Shown here: piece after piece, positions 8,144-16,913 of the stretch
How the letters are laid out: every line of letters starts with the position of its first letter
Position numbering within the stretch: the stretch's first letter is position 1
Source: a virus
DNA length: 64,000 nt
Reading direction: 5' to 3' (one strand)
Virus record (IMG/VR): IMGVR_UViG_3300045988_162372
Made by a program: the position numbers and the translations under genes
Notes under the pieces: model-generated
Seen by the model: the letters and a program-made list of their open reading frames with translations, nothing else
Database searches by the model: none
What the model was told of the DNA's origin: nothing

Positions 8144-8410
8144 ATGAATAGAAATGAACTGATACAAAGGATTGATGCGAAATTGATTGATAATGGTACG
8201 ATAAGTTTTAATGTACCGTTTTTCGTTAAGAGTGCAAATGATAACATTAAGAACATTTGCTTTGGGGAAATACAATGGGGAAATAGATATACCAACGCTG
8301 ATTTGTCTGATTTATCCAATGACGAGTTATCTGACTTATTGTATGAAGTTGAAAGACAAATTGAAAGTGATAACAATTTTATGCAGCATTGTTCTGATAT
8401 TTGGTATTGA
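8144..8410 (+). CDS. hypothetical protein
   Basis: 88-aa ORF; no motif recognised. Confidence 0.55.
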   Translation: MNRNELIQRIDAKLIDNGTISFNVPFFVKSANDNIKNICFGEIQWGNRYTNADLSDLSNDELSDLLYEVERQIESDNNFMQHCSDIWY

Positions 8411-8431
8411 TTTTTAAAAGGAGGTACACAA

Positions 8432-9157
8432 ATGAGCAAACCGAAACATACGGTATTTTGTCCAGAATGCGGGCGTAGCAAGATATTGTTTGAAACAGAG
8501 AAGAAGGCAAATTTGTTTCTTCAATACAATTCAGACGATATAGCACACAGCAATAGATACGGAAAGAAACCAGTAAGGAGTTATTATTGCAAGGTGTGTG
8601 GCGGATGGCACGTTACAAGTGTCAAAGAGAATCTATATCAAGATTATAGCCTTACTGATAGAGTTGTTTCTTTATATCATCAAGACGAATTAAATAAAAA
8701 ATTAATTTTGAAACATATAACTTCCTCTCCAACAATCAAAGAAATTGTAGATAATTTTCAATATATTGGATTATTTCTGACAAATGAGTCAAAAGATGTA
8801 CTGAAACAATATATCGAAGATAATTTTGCTGATATGATAAAAGATGGAAAGATGTATCTTGACCATTGTACAATTCTACATCGCTCTCAAAAAGAGGATA
8901 AGAAAGCATTACGTTGTCTTGACAGATATATCAAGGATAGTGGCAAAGGTATAAAGGAAACTATTGTTATAAACAAAATAGGGTATAACAATGAAGCTAT
9001 GGCGTTTGGATGTAGGGTGAATACTCCTTGCGTGAATACCCAACCTCATATTACTATCTGTACATTCGGTAACGGAAAACCTATGGCAAGTAATTCTATT
9101 ACTAATTGGAAAGATATCAATCCTATTAAAGTGAAAGCTATCATACATAGAGTTTAA
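8432..9157 (+). CDS. zinc-ribbon / 2H phosphoesterase fusion protein
   Basis: N-terminal CPECG...CKVCGGWH; C-terminal pair of H-x-T-x motifs (LDHCTILH and QPHITICTF) about 65 aa apart, the 2H (LigT/CPDase/Acb1-fold) signature. Confidence 0.55.
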   Translation: MSKPKHTVFCPECGRSKILFETEKKANLFLQYNSDDIAHSNRYGKKPVRSYYCKVCGGWHVTSVKENLYQDYSLTDRVVSLYHQDELNKKLILKHITSSPTIKEIVDNFQYIGLFLTNESKDVLKQYIEDNFADMIKDGKMYLDHCTILHRSQKEDKKALRCLDRYIKDSGKGIKETIVINKIGYNNEAMAFGCRVNTPCVNTQPHITICTFGNGKPMASNSITNWKDINPIKVKAIIHRV

Positions 9158-9178
9158 CTTCTTTTAATAGCTTAACTA

Positions 9179-9209
9179 TTGTGTATCTCAAAGAAAAGTA
9201 TTACCTTTG
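9179..9209 (+). promoter_or_regulatory. Bacteroidota-type promoter (-33/-7)
   Basis: TTG-N20-TACCTTTG upstream of ATG 9239. Confidence 0.55.
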
Positions 9210-9238
9210 CAAAGTAATAAGGAAAAAGAAACAATAAT

Positions 9239-9445
9239 ATGAAAGCAAAATTCAAACAAGGAGACAAAGTAAGAATCGTCAAGAATGGACAGGTTATTCT
9301 TGATAATGGTATTATCAGCAACATTGATATCAATGATTGCACTTTTGAAATGCAATATAGTGTTGAATATTTCAACAAGGAGAAGAATATGCAATATACA
9401 ATGATTTGTATACCAGAGAAGAATGTGGTTAAAATAATTGATTAA
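9239..9445 (+). CDS. hypothetical protein
   Basis: 68-aa ORF after promoter. Confidence 0.5.
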   Translation: MKAKFKQGDKVRIVKNGQVILDNGIISNIDINDCTFEMQYSVEYFNKEKNMQYTMICIPEKNVVKIID

Positions 9446-9464
9446 CAATTATTAACACAATAAA

Positions 9465-9496
9465 TTTGTTTAATCTAAATAAAATAATTAACTTTG
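9465..9496 (+). promoter_or_regulatory. Bacteroidota-type promoter (-33/-7)
   Basis: TTTG-N20-TAACTTTG upstream of ATG 9531. Confidence 0.6.
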
Positions 9497-9530
9497 CACT
9501 ATCAGAACAAATAAAATAGGAGGTAATATT

Positions 9531-10088
9531 ATGAACACAACTTTTAATTTCAAGAAAGGCGATTATGTAATCTTTACTGATACATATAATAATGATTATG
9601 TAGATATCATCGGGGATTATAACCCAGAGAATAATAGTGTAGAGGAAATTGTTTCCGTTATGTATATGGATAGAAATGGAGGTGAGGAAGAAGGATTTAT
9701 CTACTATCGTACAACTTTATTTTTAGATGCAGTAAAGGAAATGCGTCTTGCAACAAAGGATGAGGTAAACTTTTTGAACGCTGTCTTAATGGATGATGAC
9801 AATAAGTTTGACAAGGATAAGATGGAAGTTGTTAGCAGGGAAACTGGTACGAAGAAGACATTTCATCTGACAAGAACCGTCATGCTCGGTGGCTATTATC
9901 AAGACACTATTGATGTGGAAGCAGAGAATTTGGAAATTGCTTTAAACAAGGCCACTGAATTCAATTCATCTTCTGAAAATGTATGGGCCACTATGGATAA
10001 GGATGAAATCATTATGGACGAATCTGATATTAAACGGATAGAAATTTCTGATGCTAACGGAGAAGAGTATCGTGAAATTGATTTTTAA
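9531..10088 (+). CDS. hypothetical acidic protein
   Basis: 185-aa ORF; no motif recognised. Confidence 0.6.
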   Translation: MNTTFNFKKGDYVIFTDTYNNDYVDIIGDYNPENNSVEEIVSVMYMDRNGGEEEGFIYYRTTLFLDAVKEMRLATKDEVNFLNAVLMDDDNKFDKDKMEVVSRETGTKKTFHLTRTVMLGGYYQDTIDVEAENLEIALNKATEFNSSSENVWATMDKDEIIMDESDIKRIEISDANGEEYREIDF

Positions 10089-10097
10089 CAATGTAAT

Positions 10098-10113
10098 GTA
10101 CTTGAATGAGTAC
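10098..10113 (+). repeat. conserved hairpin GTACTT-GAAT-GAGTAC (family member 1 of 3)
   Basis: 10 nt after stop of 9531..10088; same stem as 17189 and 19023 with a C-to-T change giving a G-U pair. Confidence 0.6.
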
Positions 10114-10162
10114 AAAGGGTTTCAAAAATAATTTATTTAATTTTTATTCTCAAATGATTTAA

Positions 10163-11791
10163 ATTTATAAAAAGTATGAAAAGAAACAACACTATCGAAG
10201 AATTATCAACAAAGGCTATGTTTATCAAACATTTGTTGAGGCAAAGGAGGGTACAACTGTTTTCGACGGAATTGACGAAGCGATAGATAATGCAATTGAT
10301 GCAACTGATAAAGGGGGTAGTATCTATGTTATTGTTGATAACGAGAATAATAAAGTACAGGTACTTGATGATGGATGTGGAATGACACATACATTACTAA
10401 AAGATGTGATGCAAAATGCAACTTTTCATAAAGCAGATGGAAAATCTATTGGTATTAATGGTATTGGCATAAAAAAGTTTGCAGCTATTGTTGGTAATCT
10501 TCGTGGTTGTCGTTTGAATGTATTGTCAAGTAAGGGTGATGGATATGTTTCTTCTGCCACATTGCATATTTCTCCGAATGATGAGGAGATTATTCACCCT
10601 ACTATAGAATGGTTTGAGAATGGAAACTTACCAGATAATGGTATGAATATTATTAATGGGAAGTTGAAAGGTACTATTGCAACTTTAACTTATACAGAAG
10701 AAGTTAATTTTACCGATGATATTATTGAGCAATATTCAATTAAATATGCAGAACAAATTTTATTGAACAAGAAACACATTTTTATTAATGATAAGGAATT
10801 AGTTGCAATTGACCCTACTCATACAATAGGTATCAATGATATCAATAAAGACCTTATTGTAGATGAAGAAAATAGATTGTATATTGCTAATTTTAAATTA
10901 GAAGCCTTTATTGAGGGACAAGAGAATATTAAAATACCGTTTATTGTAACATCTGTGCAGGCACTCGATCCGTCACTTCTTCGTAAAAAATATCCTTTTG
11001 AAAATAAGCCTTTTAATTATCTGGGTGGTATATACACTATTCGTGGTGGACGTTTCATTGATTATGGTAATAATACCAATATAATGTTTGCTATGGAAAG
11101 CAGTAAACTTGGCTCAACCAAAGGCAGTGGAATGTATGGAGATATTAGTGGTAGCCTAGCTGGATACAACCGTTTGATTATTAATCTGGATAATACGGAA
11201 AGCGCACGTTTATTTGGTGTCCAATCAATTAAAAGCAAGGGAATAATTCCATTGCATGAAAATGACAACCTTTTCAAATATAAGGTTAATGTAAATGGGG
11301 TGAAAATTACGGTATTTGAAGCTATTTCATACATTCGTTGTTTTAACCATAAATTCTACACAACAACCATTAAATCTTCTAAATATAATTGGAAGAATTT
11401 TAGAGAAGATGTTTACAAGAAATTTTATGAATACGATTTTTCTACGTCCAAACAGATTAAAAAGTCAGTAACTTCTGCCACGGCACACAAGAGTAAGAAT
11501 AACGAAGAGGCGATTTATACCATCGCTGATAGTGCTTGTTATCTTAAAGTTCAATGGAAACAGAACGCTCATAACGACAAGGCAAAAATTGTGTATTCAT
11601 TACCTAATGAAGATTGTTTGTTGTACAGACGCAATAAAGAAAATGTAAATCTAATTAGTAAACTTACAACACTTTTCATAGAAGATTTTAAGTGTTTCGC
11701 TGATTATGCTCATTATGATAGGGAGGGTATTAAGAATTTACTAATTGCAAGAACAAATCAATATCTTGATAAAATGAAAGAGGAGGAATAA
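10163..11791 (+). CDS. GHKL (HATPase_c_3 / MORC-like) ATPase; start codon unresolved
   Basis: open frame from 10163; N box DEAIDNAIDA (10274-10303), G1 box DDGCGM (10367-10384), G2-like SIGINGIGIKKFA; first in-frame ATG/GTG/TTG is the M of DDGCGM at 10382. Confidence 0.65.
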   Translation: MYKKYEKKQHYRRIINKGYVYQTFVEAKEGTTVFDGIDEAIDNAIDATDKGGSIYVIVDNENNKVQVLDDGCGMTHTLLKDVMQNATFHKADGKSIGINGIGIKKFAAIVGNLRGCRLNVLSSKGDGYVSSATLHISPNDEEIIHPTIEWFENGNLPDNGMNIINGKLKGTIATLTYTEEVNFTDDIIEQYSIKYAEQILLNKKHIFINDKELVAIDPTHTIGINDINKDLIVDEENRLYIANFKLEAFIEGQENIKIPFIVTSVQALDPSLLRKKYPFENKPFNYLGGIYTIRGGRFIDYGNNTNIMFAMESSKLGSTKGSGMYGDISGSLAGYNRLIINLDNTESARLFGVQSIKSKGIIPLHENDNLFKYKVNVNGVKITVFEAISYIRCFNHKFYTTTIKSSKYNWKNFREDVYKKFYEYDFSTSKQIKKSVTSATAHKSKNNEEAIYTIADSACYLKVQWKQNAHNDKAKIVYSLPNEDCLLYRRNKENVNLISKLTTLFIEDFKCFADYAHYDREGIKNLLIARTNQYLDKMKEEE

Positions 11792-11845
11792 TATGGAAAA
11801 GTATTTTGTAATTTTTTATTATAAACCAAAGTAAATTTTAATAAA

Positions 11846-12238
11846 ATGAAAAATTTAACATTAAACAATGTGCGAATTGCATGGAATGAAAGTAAGAATA
11901 GTGAATTCTTAAAAACTAAAATGGTTGTGTATAAGTTGGTATTTCCAGATAATACTTGCTATGTAGGATTGACATCACTCACTATGTATGAAATGCTTTC
12001 AAATCTATGTAAGTATTATCATCAGGGAATGAGTAGAATTAATCAAAAAATAAAAGATTATCGTTCTTTCCTTGCTGAAGTGCTTTATGAAGCGGAAGAT
12101 AAAAATGATGCCGAGGATTATAAAAAATATGCAATTTCTAAAATAGTTAAAGAAATTGCACAGAAAGGGCATCTAAGAAAATACCACCATTTACAAGATG
12201 ATAATATTCTAAAAGTCTTATTAAACGATAGGTGGTAA
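11846..12238 (+). CDS. GIY-YIG-like domain protein (weak)
   Basis: VVYKLVFPDNTCYVGLT ... FLAEVLYEAED...DYKKYAISK resembles the GIY-x10-YIG ... E core, but the conserved Arg is not obvious. Confidence 0.35.
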   Translation: MKNLTLNNVRIAWNESKNSEFLKTKMVVYKLVFPDNTCYVGLTSLTMYEMLSNLCKYYHQGMSRINQKIKDYRSFLAEVLYEAEDKNDAEDYKKYAISKIVKEIAQKGHLRKYHHLQDDNILKVLLNDRW

Positions 12239-12973
12239 ATTCTCTGTAAATTTATTTATTCTTTCGTTAGTCATATCAACATATATTTTGAATTTTTCAA
12301 AACCAATATATTCAAAGTTATGTTGTAATGCAGCAAGAGCAACCGTACCACTACCCATAAATGGGTCTAAGACTATTATATTGTTATTCTCTTTTGATGG
12401 GATACAATCCATAATATTGTTAGGCAAGTCTATTGGGAATGGTGCGGGATGCTTTGTATTTTTTTCAAATGGGAATGACCATATTTCGTTTTTGTATTTT
12501 GTCGTAAGGCTACGATAAAAATTAGGTTTAGTTGTTTTTGTTAGCCAAAATACTAATTCAGTCATTGGTAGGAAACGACAAGTATTGACGTTATTCGTAC
12601 TTCCCCTATCCCATATAATTTCTTGTCTGATTTTGAATTTTGTTTTGAACAGCCATTGATAAGGTGATACTATTTCACCTTTATGTATTCTGTTTTTATG
12701 ATTGTAAAACATTGATCCGTCAGACTTTAAGACTCTGAAACATTCATTTAAGAAATTTATTTGCCATTTTTGGTATTCATCTTCTGGAATATTATCGACA
12801 TTTACATCATCATTGTAATCTATCGTTCCTTTCCATTTCTTACCTTTTTGTATACCGTTAAGACCTGCTTTATTGTAAGGTGGCGAAGTAATGATTAAAT
12901 CTATTGAATTATCATCCAATAATTTCAGGCCATCCATCACATCTATATTATATATTCTGTTTGTTTCTAACAT
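12221..12973 (-). CDS. beta-class DNA methyltransferase (N4-cytosine or N6-adenine)
   Basis: motif IV IITSPPYN precedes motif I LDPFMGSGTV; only minus-strand gene inside the plus-strand block, 3' ends overlap 11846..12238 by 18 nt. Confidence 0.9.
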   Translation of the reverse strand: MLETNRIYNIDVMDGLKLLDDNSIDLIITSPPYNKAGLNGIQKGKKWKGTIDYNDDVNVDNIPEDEYQKWQINFLNECFRVLKSDGSMFYNHKNRIHKGEIVSPYQWLFKTKFKIRQEIIWDRGSTNNVNTCRFLPMTELVFWLTKTTKPNFYRSLTTKYKNEIWSFPFEKNTKHPAPFPIDLPNNIMDCIPSKENNNIIVLDPFMGSGTVALAALQHNFEYIGFEKFKIYVDMTNERINKFTENLPPIV

Positions 12974-13050
12974 ATCAAATCATTTTATATATATAAATAG
13001 AGTACTGAATATATTTAGGTATAACTTTTAGTAGTTTTTAACTATTAATA

Positions 13051-13082
13051 TTTGGTTATTTGAGTTAGAATTTATATTTTTG
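13051..13082 (+). promoter_or_regulatory. Bacteroidota-type promoter (-33/-7)
   Basis: TTTG-N20-TATTTTTG upstream of ATG 13099. Confidence 0.6.
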
Positions 13083-13098
13083 CATTATTAAAAATAAA

Positions 13099-13383
13099 AT
13101 GTATAAAGTTATGGCAGTAAGAAAAGAAAGAAGTATTTACTTCACCAGAAAAGAAGAATTGGATTTTGTGAGACTTTGTACTATTCATGGTTTCAAGAAA
13201 CGTGATATTATTAAAGACGAAGAAAATAGAGTGACTAAGTTTGAAATCTATCTGCCGTTTATAAGTGGCAGTATGGAGAAGAAATTGAGCAATGTGGCAA
13301 GATACACGAATAGTCGTAGGACTTCAGCACCTTGCATTGTAGGACGGCAACATCTTATCAAAGTAACATTTAACAAAAAATAA
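13099..13383 (+). CDS. hypothetical protein
   Basis: 94-aa ORF after promoter. Confidence 0.55.
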   Translation: MYKVMAVRKERSIYFTRKEELDFVRLCTIHGFKKRDIIKDEENRVTKFEIYLPFISGSMEKKLSNVARYTNSRRTSAPCIVGRQHLIKVTFNKK

Positions 13384-13395
13384 TTGATTATAGGT

Positions 13396-13872
13396 ATGGC
13401 GACAAGAGCAACAATTACATTAAAAATCAAGGATGAAGATTTGAATAAGACAAAGAAATTTGACATTGATAAACTTCCAGAAAATACGTCTTATAATGAT
13501 GATTGCATCGAGAACTTGAGGGAGGTTACTCTTAACAAACCTTACATAAGTATTTATCATCATTTTGACGGTTATCCAGATGGATTAGGGGTTACTTTGT
13601 TTACTAAATTTCATGATTATGATAAGACATTGAATATCCTTCTAGGCGGTGATGCTTCATCCATTAACGGTGATACCATTATACAGTATTGTCCAGCTTA
13701 TCAAGATGAGGATTGGGATAGTACCAAACCAGATTTAACTGATGAAATTCCTGTTGCTGATCAAGACTATCAGTATTATTTTGACGGTGAAAAATGGTGG
13801 TTTAGAGGTTACGAGAAAACTAAATGGAAAGATTTGGAAAAGTTCTTACAAGAAAATAATTTGGTTAATTAA
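13396..13872 (+). CDS. hypothetical protein
   Basis: ATG 13396 (MATRATITLK..) preferred over TTG 13384; no motif recognised. Confidence 0.6.
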   Translation: MATRATITLKIKDEDLNKTKKFDIDKLPENTSYNDDCIENLREVTLNKPYISIYHHFDGYPDGLGVTLFTKFHDYDKTLNILLGGDASSINGDTIIQYCPAYQDEDWDSTKPDLTDEIPVADQDYQYYFDGEKWWFRGYEKTKWKDLEKFLQENNLVN

Positions 13873-13891
13873 CACTATTTAACTATTTCTT

Positions 13892-13923
13892 CTTGTTTTT
13901 TTCAAATACATCTCTTATCTTTG
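13892..13923 (+). promoter_or_regulatory. Bacteroidota-type promoter (-33/-7)
   Basis: CTTG-N20-TATCTTTG upstream of ATG 13959. Confidence 0.6.
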
Positions 13924-13958
13924 CAGTACGAAACTAAAAAAGATAGGAGATTTTTGTT

Positions 13959-14300
13959 ATGAGAGACTATGGAGTTATAGAAAAAGAAGATTTGTCTGCT
14001 GAAAATATTTATAAGACTCTTAATGAGGTCTTTAAAGATGTGGATAGAGAGTATGATTATGCTGTGATTTACTACGAACGCAAGGAAGATAAAATTACGA
14101 GATTAACAGAATTATTTGGTTGTCCTTGTTCTCAAAACATAGTGGATGTTAATGATTATGGCTGTATTGACTACTATAAAGACTTGTATGATGCCACATA
14201 CAGATGGCGTGAATTACAACAGATAACTAATAAGAGTTATCATAGGGTTGCTATTGTTTCTTATCTTGATTCAAAAATTATTATTTCAGAAGATGAATAA
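13959..14300 (+). CDS. hypothetical protein
   Basis: 113-aa ORF; no motif recognised. Confidence 0.6.
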   Translation: MRDYGVIEKEDLSAENIYKTLNEVFKDVDREYDYAVIYYERKEDKITRLTELFGCPCSQNIVDVNDYGCIDYYKDLYDATYRWRELQQITNKSYHRVAIVSYLDSKIIISEDE

Positions 14301-14682
14301 TCAAGATATATTATTTACAGATGAAATTTGGAGAAACATTGCAGGTTATAATGGCAAATACCAGATTTCAAATATGGGTAGGGTAAGACATAATGAAACA
14401 ATATTAAAACCTTACCCAAATTCTTGTGGATATTTGAGAGTTGGATTATATAAAGAAGGGAAGCATAGAAAAGAGCTGGTACACAGACTTGTTGCAGATG
14501 CTTTTATTGACAATCCTTATAATTTGCCAGTTGTTAATCACAAGAATGAGGACAAAGAAGATAATAGGGCTACTAATTTAGAATGGGCTACAATAAAAGA
14601 AAATATGAATTATGGCTCATTACAGGATAGGAAATCAAGGAGCTTAAAATTAGCATATAACAGAAGAAAAATAATCTATTAA
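14293..14682 (+). CDS. HNH homing endonuclease (NUMOD4 + HNH_3 type)
   Basis: WRNIAGYNGKYQISNMGRVR (NUMOD4) then VHRLVADAF..VNHKNEDKEDNRATNLEW (HNH); ATG 14293 overlaps upstream stop. Confidence 0.85.
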   Translation: MNNQDILFTDEIWRNIAGYNGKYQISNMGRVRHNETILKPYPNSCGYLRVGLYKEGKHRKELVHRLVADAFIDNPYNLPVVNHKNEDKEDNRATNLEWATIKENMNYGSLQDRKSRSLKLAYNRRKIIY

Positions 14683-14701
14683 CTTCAATTAACATAATAT
14701 A

Positions 14702-14733
14702 TTTGGTAGTATGAGAAATAATCACTACCTTTG
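14702..14733 (+). promoter_or_regulatory. Bacteroidota-type promoter (-33/-7)
   Basis: TTTG-N20-TACCTTTG upstream of ATG 14749. Confidence 0.65.
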
Positions 14734-14748
14734 CATTGTGTTTAAGAA

Positions 14749-15369
14749 ATGAGTTATTATTCAAAACAACAATTAAAAATCATAGGAGATAAAATTATGG
14801 GACAAAGAACTCAAATGTTAATTCAAACGGTGAATAATAAAGGTGAAAAGAAAAACCGTTTATATCATTTTCAATGGGGATTTGGTAGGACAATGTTTTT
14901 GCAGTTAATGGATTTATACCTTAGTGATTATTTTAAAGATTGTTTTCAAAGGGATTACTCTGTTTTTGACGTAACAAAACTAACCAAACATGCTTATGAT
15001 ATTACCGATGAGGTTGATATTCCAGAGGATTTGGATATAAATAATATCGAACAGGTAAAATCTATTTTCGAGCATTGTGACAACAATAATGGTGGTATGG
15101 TAATACAAGTAACTGAAGATAAAGTTGATTATCATGGGTTTCATTATCTTGTAGGTCTTGTGCTTGGTTATGAAGGCTGTTGGGATTATGACAAAGAAAT
15201 TGAAATAGAAAAGCCTTTTTCAAGATTTGTTTCTTGGAAAGAATTTTTTGAAAAAGAAGGAGGGAAATTTTGTGAAAATAAAGGATTTCTACAAATGTGG
15301 AGAGGGTTTATTAAATTTGGTAATATCAAGTTTATCAAACCGACAAAGACAAATAAAAAGAATGTATAA
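14749..15369 (+). CDS. hypothetical protein
   Basis: 206-aa ORF; no motif recognised. Confidence 0.6.
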   Translation: MSYYSKQQLKIIGDKIMGQRTQMLIQTVNNKGEKKNRLYHFQWGFGRTMFLQLMDLYLSDYFKDCFQRDYSVFDVTKLTKHAYDITDEVDIPEDLDINNIEQVKSIFEHCDNNNGGMVIQVTEDKVDYHGFHYLVGLVLGYEGCWDYDKEIEIEKPFSRFVSWKEFFEKEGGKFCENKGFLQMWRGFIKFGNIKFIKPTKTNKKNV

Positions 15370-15394
15370 TTACTAAAATATAGGAGATAAAATA

Positions 15395-15619
15395 ATGCGT
15401 AAATTGATTGGTACTATAGTTATTTTGTTGTTTTTGTATGTTGGTTTCTTTGGTTGTGAACGTTATCACATCAAACCGTTTATTGCAGAGTGGTTACAAA
15501 GTGATAAACCAGAAAAGTTAGGGAAGAATATTGAAAAAGTAAGTAACAAAGTAAAAGAAATTACAGATACTGTTGTAGAAAAGGGTGATAAGGTTATCAA
15601 TTCGGCAGTAAACGAGTAA
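15395..15619 (+). CDS. membrane-anchored protein
   Basis: 74 aa, N-terminal hydrophobic helix. Confidence 0.55.
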   Translation: MRKLIGTIVILLFLYVGFFGCERYHIKPFIAEWLQSDKPEKLGKNIEKVSNKVKEITDTVVEKGDKVINSAVNE

Positions 15620-15633
15620 AATAATATAACGAT

Positions 15634-16197
15634 ATGAAGAATACATTTAAGACATACGCAGGGCTGATTTTAGCCCTGCTGTTGGCAAGCTGTTCAACAA
15701 CAAAGGATTTTCATCTTTACCAAAGTGACCATTCATTTAAGGTAAAGGCTGAATTTGACCAGGTGTGGGAAGAAGTAATTGATTATGTTGCAGAAAGCAA
15801 TTATGAAATTACTAATTTGGAAAAAGAAAGTGGTATCATAACGATTAGTCCATGTCGTTTTAAGGCTGCATTTCAAGTAAAAGGTATGCAGAATAACAAT
15901 TACTACTATGCAGTGCAGAACTATCCTAAATATAAGAAAAAGGACTTATATGTAATAAGTAATTGGAACATCCGTGTAAAGCCTATCAATCATTATGTAA
16001 CCAAAATATCGGTGAACCTTTTGGATAACGGCAGGGTAATAGCCATTGATGACGATAAGAAGCAGACTGAATTGGATTTGGCAAACCAAAGCACAGGCAC
16101 GTTTGAAAAGAAAATACTTTATCAGATTTTGGATAATTTACGAAAGAGAAATTTTGACGAATACGATTGGAGATATTATGAAGGCGAAAATCATTGA
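15634..16197 (+). CDS. lipoprotein
   Basis: signal peptide with lipobox LLLASC (MKNTFKTYAGLILALLLASCSTT). Confidence 0.7.
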   Translation: MKNTFKTYAGLILALLLASCSTTKDFHLYQSDHSFKVKAEFDQVWEEVIDYVAESNYEITNLEKESGIITISPCRFKAAFQVKGMQNNNYYYAVQNYPKYKKKDLYVISNWNIRVKPINHYVTKISVNLLDNGRVIAIDDDKKQTELDLANQSTGTFEKKILYQILDNLRKRNFDEYDWRYYEGENH

Positions 16198-16202
16198 TAA
16201 GT

Positions 16203-16913
16203 ATGAAGTATATTCAACGATATATAAAGACGTTGGCAGATGGAGTCATTGAAAAGAAATCAGAAATATCAAACTCGGTATATTATAAATTAACTGGTAA
16301 AGACGGGAGTAGATTTACCATACGTTGTAGCGACCATTTTTCTGTAATGAAAGCATATATCACCAATGATATTGACATCATACAGGCGTTTGGTGAAAAG
16401 GATAAGTTTGTTGTAATGTATGATGAATACAACACCCCAATGATAAAAAATCGTAAAGAAACAAAAGACTTCATTAAATTCGCTTATGACTTGTATATGA
16501 TGAAAACCTTTAAAAAAGAAAGTGAAATGTTAAAGAAGAGTAAAGAAAGCATAAGTGAAGAAGAGTTGATGGAAATCAGAGATTTACCAGAAAGTGTTTC
16601 TTTGAAATGGAATAATCATCTAGCAGACGTAGTAAAACTAAAACATAAGCATACAAAAGTATTTGAAGGTGAATGGTCATCGTTCTATGGTATGCTTGTA
16701 TGTACATTTAAAGGCAGAATCGAATTTACCAAGAAGGAACGAGATATAATTGCCAAATATTTGGAAAAAGAATACCTGAACAGGGACGAAATTTGCGAAG
16801 TATTGTACAATATTGTATCATTAGAACCTAAAAGAGAGTTTAACGAAGGAAAATTAAAACAATATCTCTATCATAGATATTTGATGAAAAAAGAAGAGGA
16901 GGAAAAGAAATGA
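16203..16913 (+). CDS. hypothetical protein
   Basis: ATG 16203 preferred over TTG 16194; no motif recognised. Confidence 0.6.
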   Translation: MKYIQRYIKTLADGVIEKKSEISNSVYYKLTGKDGSRFTIRCSDHFSVMKAYITNDIDIIQAFGEKDKFVVMYDEYNTPMIKNRKETKDFIKFAYDLYMMKTFKKESEMLKKSKESISEEELMEIRDLPESVSLKWNNHLADVVKLKHKHTKVFEGEWSSFYGMLVCTFKGRIEFTKKERDIIAKYLEKEYLNRDEICEVLYNIVSLEPKREFNEGKLKQYLYHRYLMKKEEEEKK

